This document shows positions 52,257-61,029 of a stretch of DNA of 64,000 bases, in pieces (positions within the stretch are counted from its first letter, which is position 1; every line of letters starts with the position of its first letter). Made by a program: the position numbers and the translations under genes. The stretch covers positions 1 through 64,000 of the forward strand of contig CAWJTV010000014.1 of NCBI GenBank assembly GCA_963845755.1, in the 5' to 3' direction. The stretch comes from an uncultured Planctomycetota bacterium (GTDB lineage: Bacteria > Planctomycetota > Planctomycetia > Isosphaerales > Isosphaeraceae). The notes under the pieces were generated by a model, which was not told the origin of the DNA, made no database searches, and saw nothing but the letters and a program-made list of their open reading frames with translations.

Positions 52257-52520
52257 ATGAGAATGCCGGGACTGACCGCACGGGCCTCGCTCGACACGCC
52301 AGGCGATCGCTACCAAAGCGGCGGGGGTCACAACCCCCTCTTACGAATCCTCGACCCGCATTCGATTCAGCCCGCATTCTCATGCGGCCCGTGTACATGC
52401 AACCGGTTTTGCAGTACACGACCTCCTTACGCTTGCTACTATACCAATTGTCAGCAGCTCTGTTTCGTCCCTCCCGCCAACCTCATTACCGTGCCTTGCT
52501 CGCCTCCCTGGATGCGGTGA
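52257..52520 (+). CDS. Putative precursor peptide 3 (87 aa, 8-Cys core)
   Basis: AAAGGA upstream; leader MRMPGLTARASL...Y19, SIQPA junction, core FSCGPCTCNRFC...VPCSPPWMR. Confidence 0.8.
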   Translation: MRMPGLTARASLDTPGDRYQSGGGHNPLLRILDPHSIQPAFSCGPCTCNRFCSTRPPYACYYTNCQQLCFVPPANLITVPCSPPWMR

Positions 52521-52621
52521 AAGGAGGCGGAACGGAATGCCGCGACGTTAGTGCACAAACCCCGTCATCTGAACACGCTGTAGCATCGACTCATGGTCCC
52601 AGATTGGTAATGCTCTCTGGT

Positions 52622-52680
52622 GGAGGGTGGGTGCAACCCACCATAACCCCAGACCGGATAGTGGGTTGCACCCACCTTAC
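52622..52680. repeat. REP-like palindromic doublet
   Basis: ggagggtgggtgcaacccac ... gtgggttgcacccaccttac; each arm is itself a short palindrome. Confidence 0.65.
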
Positions 52681-53083
52681 AGATCGACTGAAAACGAGCC
52701 TCACCAATCTCGGCCCATGACCATGAGCCACCCCTTTTTCCCCCTCTCGCCACGGCCAACGGCAAGCCCTGGCCGCGACACTTCGGGAACATCCCGGCCG
52801 GTTGCCGTAATCCGAGCTCCCGGCCCTGTCCGCAGTCTCCCGACATAAATTTTTTTCGTTTTTTTTCATGTCGTGGTTGTGGCAAGAGTTGCGACGAAGA
52901 AAACGCCCAGCCACGCCGTAGGTGCATTAACGAAATCCCCAAGTTGAGGCATCCTGATAGATAGGTGACGTTGGGCGAAGCCATCCGCGACTTTCAGTCG
53001 GCCAAATGGCACCGCCCCCGTCCGAAGCCCAGTCCTCGCCATCGGAGTTCCCTCGGTCGATCCCTGTCACTTCCTCGCTCTTC

Positions 53084-53272
53084 GAAATCGCGCGAACGAA
53101 CCCACCAACCTCCCGATTGAAAAGCCGCGCCAACGAAGCCACGATTGTAGCGAATATATCGATTATGCGGGTCAGCCTCGACCTCGGCACCGGAATCGCG
53201 CGAACGAAGCCAAGTTGACGCGGCGGGAAGCCGCGAACGAAGCCACGATTGTAGGGAATATACCGATTGTGC
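53084..53272 (+). repeat. Degenerate direct repeat with four aacgaa(g/c)cca cores
   Basis: Two ~82-bp units (53084-53168, 53192-53272), each with atcgcgcgaacgaa and aacgaagccacgattgtag.gaatata.cgatt.tgc. Confidence 0.75.
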
Positions 53273-53581
53273 CGACTGAGCCGCCGGCGGACGCTGTCCC
53301 CTCGTCGACAAGGTTACGAGATCACGAGATCGCGATCAGGCCGGGAATTACGGTATCGCGGGTCAAGCCAATCCTGCCGTTTGCCCAGGGCGATCCGAGC
53401 GGTCAACGGTACTCCATGCAGTTTGCACAGACCCTTGAGACGTCCAGCCCTGCCGGAAGTCCTCTCGAAGATCGTGGTTGGGGATTCCCTCCCGGGGCGT
53501 TACAATGCGTCTCGATCCGGAAGCGATATCAAAACCAGGTCATGAGGACTCGCCCGGGGTCGTCAACGAATGAGGTCAGGA

Positions 53582-54214
53582 ATGAGCGGCGAGGAAGACG
53601 GTTCGGTCACGTGCTGGCTTGGGAATCTCCGGGAAGGCGATCTCGCGGCGGCCCAGCCGCTGTGGGAGCGTTATTTTTCCCGGCTGGTCGTCGTGGCACG
53701 CGGGAAGTTGAAGCGCCTGCGGCGGACGACGGCCGGCGAGGATGAGGAAGACGCCGCACTCAGCGCGTTCAACAGCTTCTGCGACGGAGCGGCGCGAGGG
53801 CGGTTCCCCCAGTTGGCCGACCGCGATGACCTGTGGCGCTTGCTGGTCGTGATCACGGCGCGGAAGGCCATGGCGCAGGCGCAACGAGAAGGGCGGAAGA
53901 AACGCGGGGGCGGTCGCGTCGTGGACGAGGCGGCCCTCTTCGGTCCGGGCGCCGGCGACGACGGGTCGATGGCGGGCCTGGAGCGGATCGCCGGCGATGG
54001 GCCGACACCCGAGTTCGCCGCCATGATGGCCGAGGAGTGCCAGCGGCTTCTCGACTCGCTCGATGACGATGCCCTCCGGCAGGTCGCCCTCAGCCGGATG
54101 GAGGGCTATACCAACGACGAGATCGCCGACCAGCTCGGCTGCGCCCGCCGGACGATCGCACGCCGTCTGGACCTGATCCGCAAGACCTGGATGTCGGTCG
54201 TCGAGGTGAATTGA
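53582..54214 (+). CDS. Planctomycete ECF-type sigma factor
   Basis: GSVT.WL..L..GD..AA..LWERYF.RL, DEEDAALSAF.SF, DLWRLL..IT.RK, EGYTN.EIA..LGC..RTI.RRL. Confidence 0.92.
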   Translation: MSGEEDGSVTCWLGNLREGDLAAAQPLWERYFSRLVVVARGKLKRLRRTTAGEDEEDAALSAFNSFCDGAARGRFPQLADRDDLWRLLVVITARKAMAQAQREGRKKRGGGRVVDEAALFGPGAGDDGSMAGLERIAGDGPTPEFAAMMAEECQRLLDSLDDDALRQVALSRMEGYTNDEIADQLGCARRTIARRLDLIRKTWMSVVEVN

Positions 54215-56091
54215 TGTCCCCCGAGCGCCTGGAAGCGAATCCCGACGACTCGCTGGCCCGCGCCCGATCCGTCAACCGGGCCTGCGAGCAATTCGAAGCC
54301 GACTGGCGCGGCGGCGGCCGACCGCGGATCGCCGTCTTCCTCGAATCCTCGGCTCCGGCCGACCGCGACACGATGTTCCACGAGCTGCTCGCGCTCGAGC
54401 TGGAGCTCCGGCGGGAACGGGGGGACAATCCCCCTCGGGACGAGTACGACGCGGAGTTTCCCGACCGGGCCGAGGTGGTCGCAACGGTCTTCTCCGAGCT
54501 CGAGAAGGAACGGGATCCTCAGGACGGGACGCGAGCAAATCCCCGGCCGGCGGACCGACCTCCCAACGGCTATGGTCATGAGTCGGGAGATACCACGGTC
54601 CCTTATGTTCAGCATGATGCGACGCCGGACAGCCGGCCTCAGCCGAGCATTGGCGGCTACGAGTTGATCGAGGAGATCGCTCGGGGTGGGATGGGGGTCG
54701 TCTATCGCGCCCGGCATCAGGGATTGAAGCGACTGGTCGCGCTCAAGATGATCAAGTCGGGCTCGATGGCCAGCTTCGAGGAGCGCGAGCGGTTCCTGCG
54801 GGAGGCCGAGCTGGCGGCGAACCTCGACCACGCGAACATCGTGCCGATCTACGAGGTCGGCGAACACGACGACCGCCCGTACTTCAGCATGAAGCTGATC
54901 GAAGGGACGAGCCTGACAAAGCAAGCCAGCCGGTTCCGTGACGACCCCCGGGCCACGGCCTGGCTGGCCTTGACCTTGGCCCACGCGGTCGATTATGCCC
55001 ATGGACGCGGGTTCCTTCACTGCGACCTGAAGCCATCCAATGTCCTGCTCGACGGCCGGGGGAAGCCGTACTTGACCGACTTCGGCCTGGCCCGTCGGAC
55101 CGGCGTGGACAGCTCGCTGTCGATCAGTGGGGCCATCCTGGGAACCCCGAGCTACATGGCTCCCGAACAGGCCACCGGCTCTCGCGCGCGGCTCGGGCCG
55201 GCCACCGACGTTTATGGCCTGGGCGCCATCCTCTACGAGGTCCTGACCGGCCGTCCTCCGTTTCGGGCCCCCACGATCATGGAGACCGTGGTTCAGGTCC
55301 TCGAGCGCGATCCCGCGGCTCCCCGCGTCCTGCGCCCGGAGATTCCTCGAGAGCTGGAAGCGATCTGCCTGAAGTGCCTGGAGAAAGCCCCCAAGGACCG
55401 TTATGCCTCGGCCAAGGCGCTCGCCGACGAGCTGGAGAACTACCTCCACGGTGATGGAATCGCCGCGACCGGGATCGTCTCGCGCTTCCGCCGCTGGAAC
55501 CGTCGCGAGCCGGAGCTGGTCGCACGGTTGGGCGGGCTGGGTCTCATGGCCATCATCACTCAGATCAACTTCCACCTGTCTTCGCACCCCGACTGGCGAC
55601 TGCACTGGACGATCGAGGTGGTCCTCGCGCTCTGGGCGATGCTCGCCCTGCTCTTCCAGGTGCTCATGCGCTCGGGATTCCGGTCGGATCGGGTCCGCGT
55701 CCTCTGGTCGGCCGCGGACATCATCTGCCTCACGATCGTGACCAAATTGCTCGAAAAGGTCGAGATCGGCCCGATCGACGGGGAGAGGTTGGTGCGGATC
55801 GAGACGACCCTTCTCGTGGGTTACCCGCTGTTGATCGCGGCTTCCGGGCTCTGGTGGCGAGTCCCTCTCGTCTGGATCACCACCGTGATGGCGACGGTGG
55901 CCTTCGGTTGGCTCTACCTCGATTCCGCCCTGTGGTGGCACGAAGGACAATTCTTCTGGCGTCCTAGCCCGGAGCTAGTCCACCCGAATATCTTCATCGC
56001 GGGGCTCGTATTGACCGGCTTCGTCGTCGTTAGACAGATCAAGCGGATCATGGCGCTGAGCCGTTACTATGAGCATCGCCCCGATATCTGA
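54214..56091 (+). CDS. Membrane-anchored Hanks-type Ser/Thr protein kinase
   Basis: GGMGVVY, VALKMI, HCDLKPSN, DFGLA, GTPSYMAPEQ, DVYGLG; C-terminal TM helices; overlaps the sigma factor stop. Confidence 0.93.
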   Translation: MSPERLEANPDDSLARARSVNRACEQFEADWRGGGRPRIAVFLESSAPADRDTMFHELLALELELRRERGDNPPRDEYDAEFPDRAEVVATVFSELEKERDPQDGTRANPRPADRPPNGYGHESGDTTVPYVQHDATPDSRPQPSIGGYELIEEIARGGMGVVYRARHQGLKRLVALKMIKSGSMASFEERERFLREAELAANLDHANIVPIYEVGEHDDRPYFSMKLIEGTSLTKQASRFRDDPRATAWLALTLAHAVDYAHGRGFLHCDLKPSNVLLDGRGKPYLTDFGLARRTGVDSSLSISGAILGTPSYMAPEQATGSRARLGPATDVYGLGAILYEVLTGRPPFRAPTIMETVVQVLERDPAAPRVLRPEIPRELEAICLKCLEKAPKDRYASAKALADELENYLHGDGIAATGIVSRFRRWNRREPELVARLGGLGLMAIITQINFHLSSHPDWRLHWTIEVVLALWAMLALLFQVLMRSGFRSDRVRVLWSAADIICLTIVTKLLEKVEIGPIDGERLVRIETTLLVGYPLLIAASGLWWRVPLVWITTVMATVAFGWLYLDSALWWHEGQFFWRPSPELVHPNIFIAGLVLTGFVVVRQIKRIMALSRYYEHRPDI

Positions 56092-56134
56092 ATCCTTGTT
56101 TCGTGCGGTAGACGACTCCCGGATTCGAGTCGAG

Positions 56135-57448
56135 TCATTGAACCCCGATCGCACCGATGAGCCGAGCATGGGCGACGCGATAAGCGATCTCCGCCTGGAT
56201 CGATTCCAGTTCGGATTTGGCCGTCGCAGCCTTCGCCGTCGCGAGGCCGGCGGCGTCCTTGTGTCCGCGTTCCGCGTCCTTCCGAGCCTCTACCATTTCG
56301 TTGGCGAGACCGAACGCCTGCCGGGCCTGTTCATAACCGACGTAGGCTTGGACGGTTTCCAGACGCACCTTCTCGATGGTCGCCCGCACGTTCCAAGAGG
56401 CCTGGGCGATCTGCGTTTCCCGCTGGTCCTTCACGCGCCTCCGCTTGCCCCAATCGAAGAACGTATAGGAAGCCGAGACGCCGAAAGCCCCGAAGTTCGG
56501 CTGGATGTAACTGGCCGATGTCTGATTGAAATAGGATCCGAAGATGTTGACATCAGGAATAAAATCGGCCTTGGCGACCTTGAGGGCTGCCCGTGCTTTT
56601 TCAACCGTGGCCTCGGCTTCCTGCACCAGTGGATTGCACCTCAGCGCGAGCTCGACGGCCTCCTCCGCGTCGCTGACCGGAACGGCAGGCGGTAGGGGCT
56701 GGACGAGCTCGAAGCGGGTGGAGGAAGGCATACCGAGCAGGCTGTTGAGCTGTTCGGTCAGCTCGGTGAGCTGCGATCGCACCTGAAGCAAGGCTTGCTG
56801 AGCCTCGATCATGGCCACCCGGATCTCGGGGTTCGAGCTGGTCTGGACAAACCGCTGCGCGACTTGCACCTGGAGGGAGAGAGCCGCCTCGATGCGCTGG
56901 GCACCGTACATGGCGTGGAAGGCTTGCGCAACCCCGGATAGGAGATCTCTCGTCCCCTTGTCGAGCTGGGCCTGTGCGATCTGCGCATCGGCGCGGGCGA
57001 GCTGGACGGCCGCATTGACCGCGATGAGTTTCGTGATGGGCTGAGCCAGCGTGAGCATCGTCAGGGAACTGTCTTGATTCACGACCGTGGCTGCGATCGT
57101 CTGGCTCCCCGGCGGCAATAAGCCGAGCTGGCCGGTACGGAAGGTCGCGACTTTCCCCAGGTTGTCACTGAAATGGAAGTAGTAGAAGTTGCCGAGGAGC
57201 TTCGGGAAATAATCCCTTTTCGCGGCATCGATCGCGATCGACTTCTCCTCCACGCCCAGTCGCCCCAAGGTGAGGCCGGTATTGTTGGCCAGGGCAATCC
57301 GCTGAGCGTCTTCCAGGGCAATCCGCAAAGGAGCCGAACTTGGCGGAAGGGCGGTCGTCGGTATGCGAGCGTCTTGGGCCATGACCCAGACACCAAGCAC
57401 CTGAAGACTGGTCAAGACGCCGAGAAACCACGCGCTCGATCGTGCCAC
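56135..57448 (-). CDS. TolC family outer membrane efflux protein
   Basis: Signal peptide, LEDAQRIALANN, YFPKL, FIPDVN, FFDWGKR, helical repeats. Confidence 0.85.
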   Translation of the reverse strand: MARSSAWFLGVLTSLQVLGVWVMAQDARIPTTALPPSSAPLRIALEDAQRIALANNTGLTLGRLGVEEKSIAIDAAKRDYFPKLLGNFYYFHFSDNLGKVATFRTGQLGLLPPGSQTIAATVVNQDSSLTMLTLAQPITKLIAVNAAVQLARADAQIAQAQLDKGTRDLLSGVAQAFHAMYGAQRIEAALSLQVQVAQRFVQTSSNPEIRVAMIEAQQALLQVRSQLTELTEQLNSLLGMPSSTRFELVQPLPPAVPVSDAEEAVELALRCNPLVQEAEATVEKARAALKVAKADFIPDVNIFGSYFNQTSASYIQPNFGAFGVSASYTFFDWGKRRRVKDQRETQIAQASWNVRATIEKVRLETVQAYVGYEQARQAFGLANEMVEARKDAERGHKDAAGLATAKAATAKSELESIQAEIAYRVAHARLIGAIGVQ

Positions 57449-57454
57449 CTTAGA

Positions 57455-58374
57455 TCATTTCGGTGTGATCTCTTCCGTCTGACATTCAGTGAAGTCCACC
57501 CCGGGCTCGCCCTGATCCAATGCCTCGTCGAACGCCCGCGCGATGTCCTCGTAGAGGTGCGGCTGGTTCTCCTTGACCGCGAGCGCGTAATGGCCACCCC
57601 CGTCGATGATCTTGGCGGCGATGTCTTTCTGACAACCCATGGCGTCGATGGTCACCACGGCCCCGTTGAGGTCCAGCATCGCGAGCAAGTCGGGAATGGC
57701 CGTAATTTCGTTGGATTTGGCGTCGGTGGCCACTTGCCCCAAGGTCAAATGGTTCACGACCGCCCAGGCGCTGACGACATGCAGGGCCGAGCGGCCGACG
57801 GTGCGCCGCGCCGCGCCGCGTTGGGCCTTACCGTCGATGGCGATCGGCGTCAGCTCGGGCGAATCGGTGGCGACGGGGGTCAATCCCGTTCGCTCCATCA
57901 GCGCCGTCATCCAGGAGGAGAAGCCCTTCTGAAAGGCCAGCGGGTCGAGCAGGCAGAAGACCCGTCGAAAGGTGTCGTGCGAGGGGATGCCGCCGGGCAA
58001 TTCGAGGAAGGTCTCGAGCCAGTCGCTCTTGGAGTGGGCATAATCGGCGATCTGCACCCAGTTGTCGGCGCCGCAGAACACGGCGAGGGTGGCGATGAAA
58101 ATGATCTCATCGAGTCGGTGGATTCGCCCCTGTTCGCGGCGGGGATCGGGCAAGTCGGCGAAATGATCGAGGAGTGAGATCGGGTCTTGGGCGGGAGTAG
58201 CGGAGGCCGAATCCGAGCTGACGGTCATGGTGTGGACGTCCCTGAAAAGATCGAGTTATCCTGGCGATCGATGGTACAAAAGACGTCCGTTTCCCGACCA
58301 GCCGGACTGTAGGATCGAGGCGAGATGCTCTTTCCCAGAACACTCAGATATCCCAGGCTGGTGCGTAAGCCCTG
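57455..58374 (-). mobile_element. ISAs1-family element, 3'-truncated (transposase 57455..58228)
   Basis: HF..LPDPR, GIPSHDTF.RVF, IAIDGK, KSNEITAIP, VTIDAMGCQK, VKENQ; CAGGGCTTACGCACC candidate left end at 58374; C-terminal third and right end missing. Confidence 0.88.
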
Positions 58375-58972
58375 TCGCTCACTCCTCCTGCGGACCGCGT
58401 GGTCTGCCTGGCCGAGGGTCCGGGAAGGTACGCCGGCAGCTCATTCTCCTCTTGGGTGTCGTGACCTGATGGATTCGTTCCGGTCGACGGATCGGCATGA
58501 TCCGGTTCGACGAATCATGCAAATTGTAGGAACTAGCACGTCACGGGTGCGGTTGTAACGCTCCGGCGGATAGGCGCAAAGCGTCCGGCTCCGATCCTTC
58601 GTTCGCGTCATTGAGTGAATACCCTGCAGAGCATGTCCGTTAAAGTCGATAAAACCCATAAGGTCGTCTCGAGTCCGGCCTGCCATGAACTTTGTCTCGA
58701 TGGAACGCCGTAATCGCATTGCGAGGGGTCGGAAGCCCGGCCCTCGGCGAACAAGGATCGCCTGTACCAGTCAGGCCCTCGTCCCAGGGCGTCATGCCTC
58801 TGCCTCAACAGCCAACCCGCCAGACTTCGGAACCAAGGGCGGGATTCCGGTAGTCGTCACCGAACCGGGGAGCCGTGAGTCGGGGCGCGGCAGGGCCTTG
58901 GCGGGCCCAAGGATCCGCTCGTAGAACGTGAACCTGTCCGACACGGACTCGGTGCGATGGCTCGATGAACGA

Positions 58973-60269
58973 ATGCGTGAATTCAAGGAGACGAAGGTGC
59001 GGTGGCGACGACCGGCCAAAATCACCATCGTTCTCGCATGGTGGCTCGGCCTCGCGTTCACCGGGAGCGGATGCGCCTTCGGCCCCAAGGTGCTGGAACG
59101 GACCCACTCGCGGTACAATGACTCGATCCGCCGAGTTTACGAGGAGCAGTTGCTGCAGAACCTCGTTCGCATGAGATACGACGAGGCGCCGTTCCGGTTG
59201 AATGTCTCGTCCATTGCCGCACAGTACGAGCTGGCCGGAGGCGCCGAGGCCCGGCCCTTCTTCCTGGCCCCGAACCCAGGTAACAATCCCTACCGCACAT
59301 TCACTTCGGTCCTGCCGGATGTCAACCTGAGTGGCGCCAACCGACCGACCATCTCGTTCATCCCGTCCAGCAGTGAGGGGCTCCGTCGGTTCCTGACCCC
59401 GATCTCGGCCGACACCTTGGTCTTTCTGGCCTCGACGAGCTGGCCGGCCTCGACCATTTTAAGGCTCTATGCGGAGCGATTAAATGGGGTGCCCAACGCC
59501 CCGTCGGCCAGCGGCCCTCAACGCGAATTCGCGCCGGATTTCGCTCGATTTCAGCGGATCGCGCACCTGCTCCAGGTCGCCCAGGACCTGGAGCTGGTCG
59601 TCGTCTCTCCGCAGGAACGTGACACCGAGGTTAGCGGGCCGCTGCCGGCGGCGGCCGTCACAGCGTCGGCGGCCCTAGAGGCTGCGAAGGACACCATGGA
59701 GTATCGCCCGCGTGGAGATGGGTCCTCCTGGGTTTTGGTCCGGAAGGAGCATAAGCTCGTGCTGGTGGTGAACCCGGCCGCGATCGGCCACCCCATCATG
59801 GTCGAACTGGAGCAATTGCTCAATCTGGAACCGGGCCAGTCGCGTTATGATCTCATCGTGGCGAGCGATGTCTTCGACCCGCTCCGAGCCCCGACCTCGC
59901 CATCGAGCGTCTTGCGCCTGACTCCTCGCTCCACCGTTCAGGTCTACTACTACCTCGCCAACGGGGTTGAGGTGCCGCCCGAGCATCTTGCCGCCGGGCT
60001 GATCCGTCACCTCCGTGGCTCCCGACGGCGTGCCGGTCAACTTGCGGGCCGTCACGGCGGGACTCTTCGCGGTCCACACCTGCCAGGGACACAAGCCACC
60101 GCCTCAGGCTTATGTCGCGGTCAAGTACCGTGGGTATTGGTATTACATCGACGACCGCGACCAGCCGAGCAAGACGACATTCGCGCTGGTCCTTCAGGTC
60201 AGTCGGTTGGACTTCGGCCTCCAGGAGGGTGCGAGCGGCCCCTTCCTGACGCTGCCGGTCGGGAGGTAA
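58973..60269 (+). CDS. Hypothetical lipoprotein (indel near 60010)
   Basis: Lipobox-like GSGC, EQLLQNLVRMRY, PTISF.P, L.PRS, C-terminal VAVKYRGYWYYIDDRD..SK.TF in the next frame. Confidence 0.7.
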
Positions 60270-60396
60270 GGTTCTCTCGCTCATTCCCACCGACCCATGA
60301 AACACGTCATCGCCCGGGGCTACCTTCCAGGACCCTCGTGCTTTAACATCGGTGGAGGTTTCGCACTTCCGAACCACTCCTATCGAGGAGCCATCC

Positions 60397-60918
60397 ATGT
60401 CGGTCTATCTTCAGCGGGTCCGGCTCACCGTCCACACGAAGAATCAGTTCCTGGCGGGGACCAATTCCAAGGTCCAGCTCTGCTACCAGGTCGAGGAGAA
60501 GCACCTCCATCCGAAGATGGGCCCCGGCGTGTACAGCGCCGACCTGGACCAGCCCTACCATGACGACTTTCAGAGCGGCAAGGCCGACTCGTACGAGGTC
60601 AGCTTCGGGACCGGTAGCCTCGGCGAAGCCATGGGCCGGCCCGTGCCGAACGGGTTGCAATTCGACAGCCTGGACGACGCCCGGACCTTGCAGCTCCACT
60701 TGCGGATCGAGGGCAACGACCAGTGGATCTTCGACCGATTCGCACTGGCCGGCTATTTCGTCGAAGTGCGGCCAGTGGCCCAGGATGCCGACAAATACGA
60801 GGAAGTCGAGCTGGGCTGGCTGGAAATGGCCCGCCACGGCGGCGACGTCGAGATGAGCAGCGACGAGGACGAGGGATGCGAGGAATACCCGATCGATCTC
60901 AATGGCTCGTTCCAGTGA
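60397..60918 (+). CDS. Hypothetical protein with PLAT/LH2-like motifs
   Basis: GAGGAG RBS; TVHT....AGTNSKV, DFQSGKADSY, D.W pattern. Confidence 0.55.
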   Translation: MSVYLQRVRLTVHTKNQFLAGTNSKVQLCYQVEEKHLHPKMGPGVYSADLDQPYHDDFQSGKADSYEVSFGTGSLGEAMGRPVPNGLQFDSLDDARTLQLHLRIEGNDQWIFDRFALAGYFVEVRPVAQDADKYEEVELGWLEMARHGGDVEMSSDEDEGCEEYPIDLNGSFQ

Positions 60919-61029
60919 CGAGGACCGAGCCCCGAACTTAAGAGTCCGACGGTATCGCACGACGGCTGGGAGAGTCTGCCACCAGGTGTGTCCGGTAGCA
61001 GCTCTCCCGCTTCGCCTGACGGTAGCCGG

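Noticed and set aside
49673..52520. Calling the locus a canonical cyanobactin cluster
   Set aside because: No PatE-type leader, no repeated core cassettes or AYD-type follower, no heterocyclase and no second protease
53006..53745. ORFs 53006..53218 and 53215..53745 as genes
   Set aside because: No RBS or recognisable domain; they are built largely from the degenerate repeat, and the second overlaps the sigma factor
56135..57448. TolC as exporter of the Cys-rich peptides
   Set aside because: Opposite strand, 3.6 kb away, no ABC or adaptor partner, and its context is IS-disrupted
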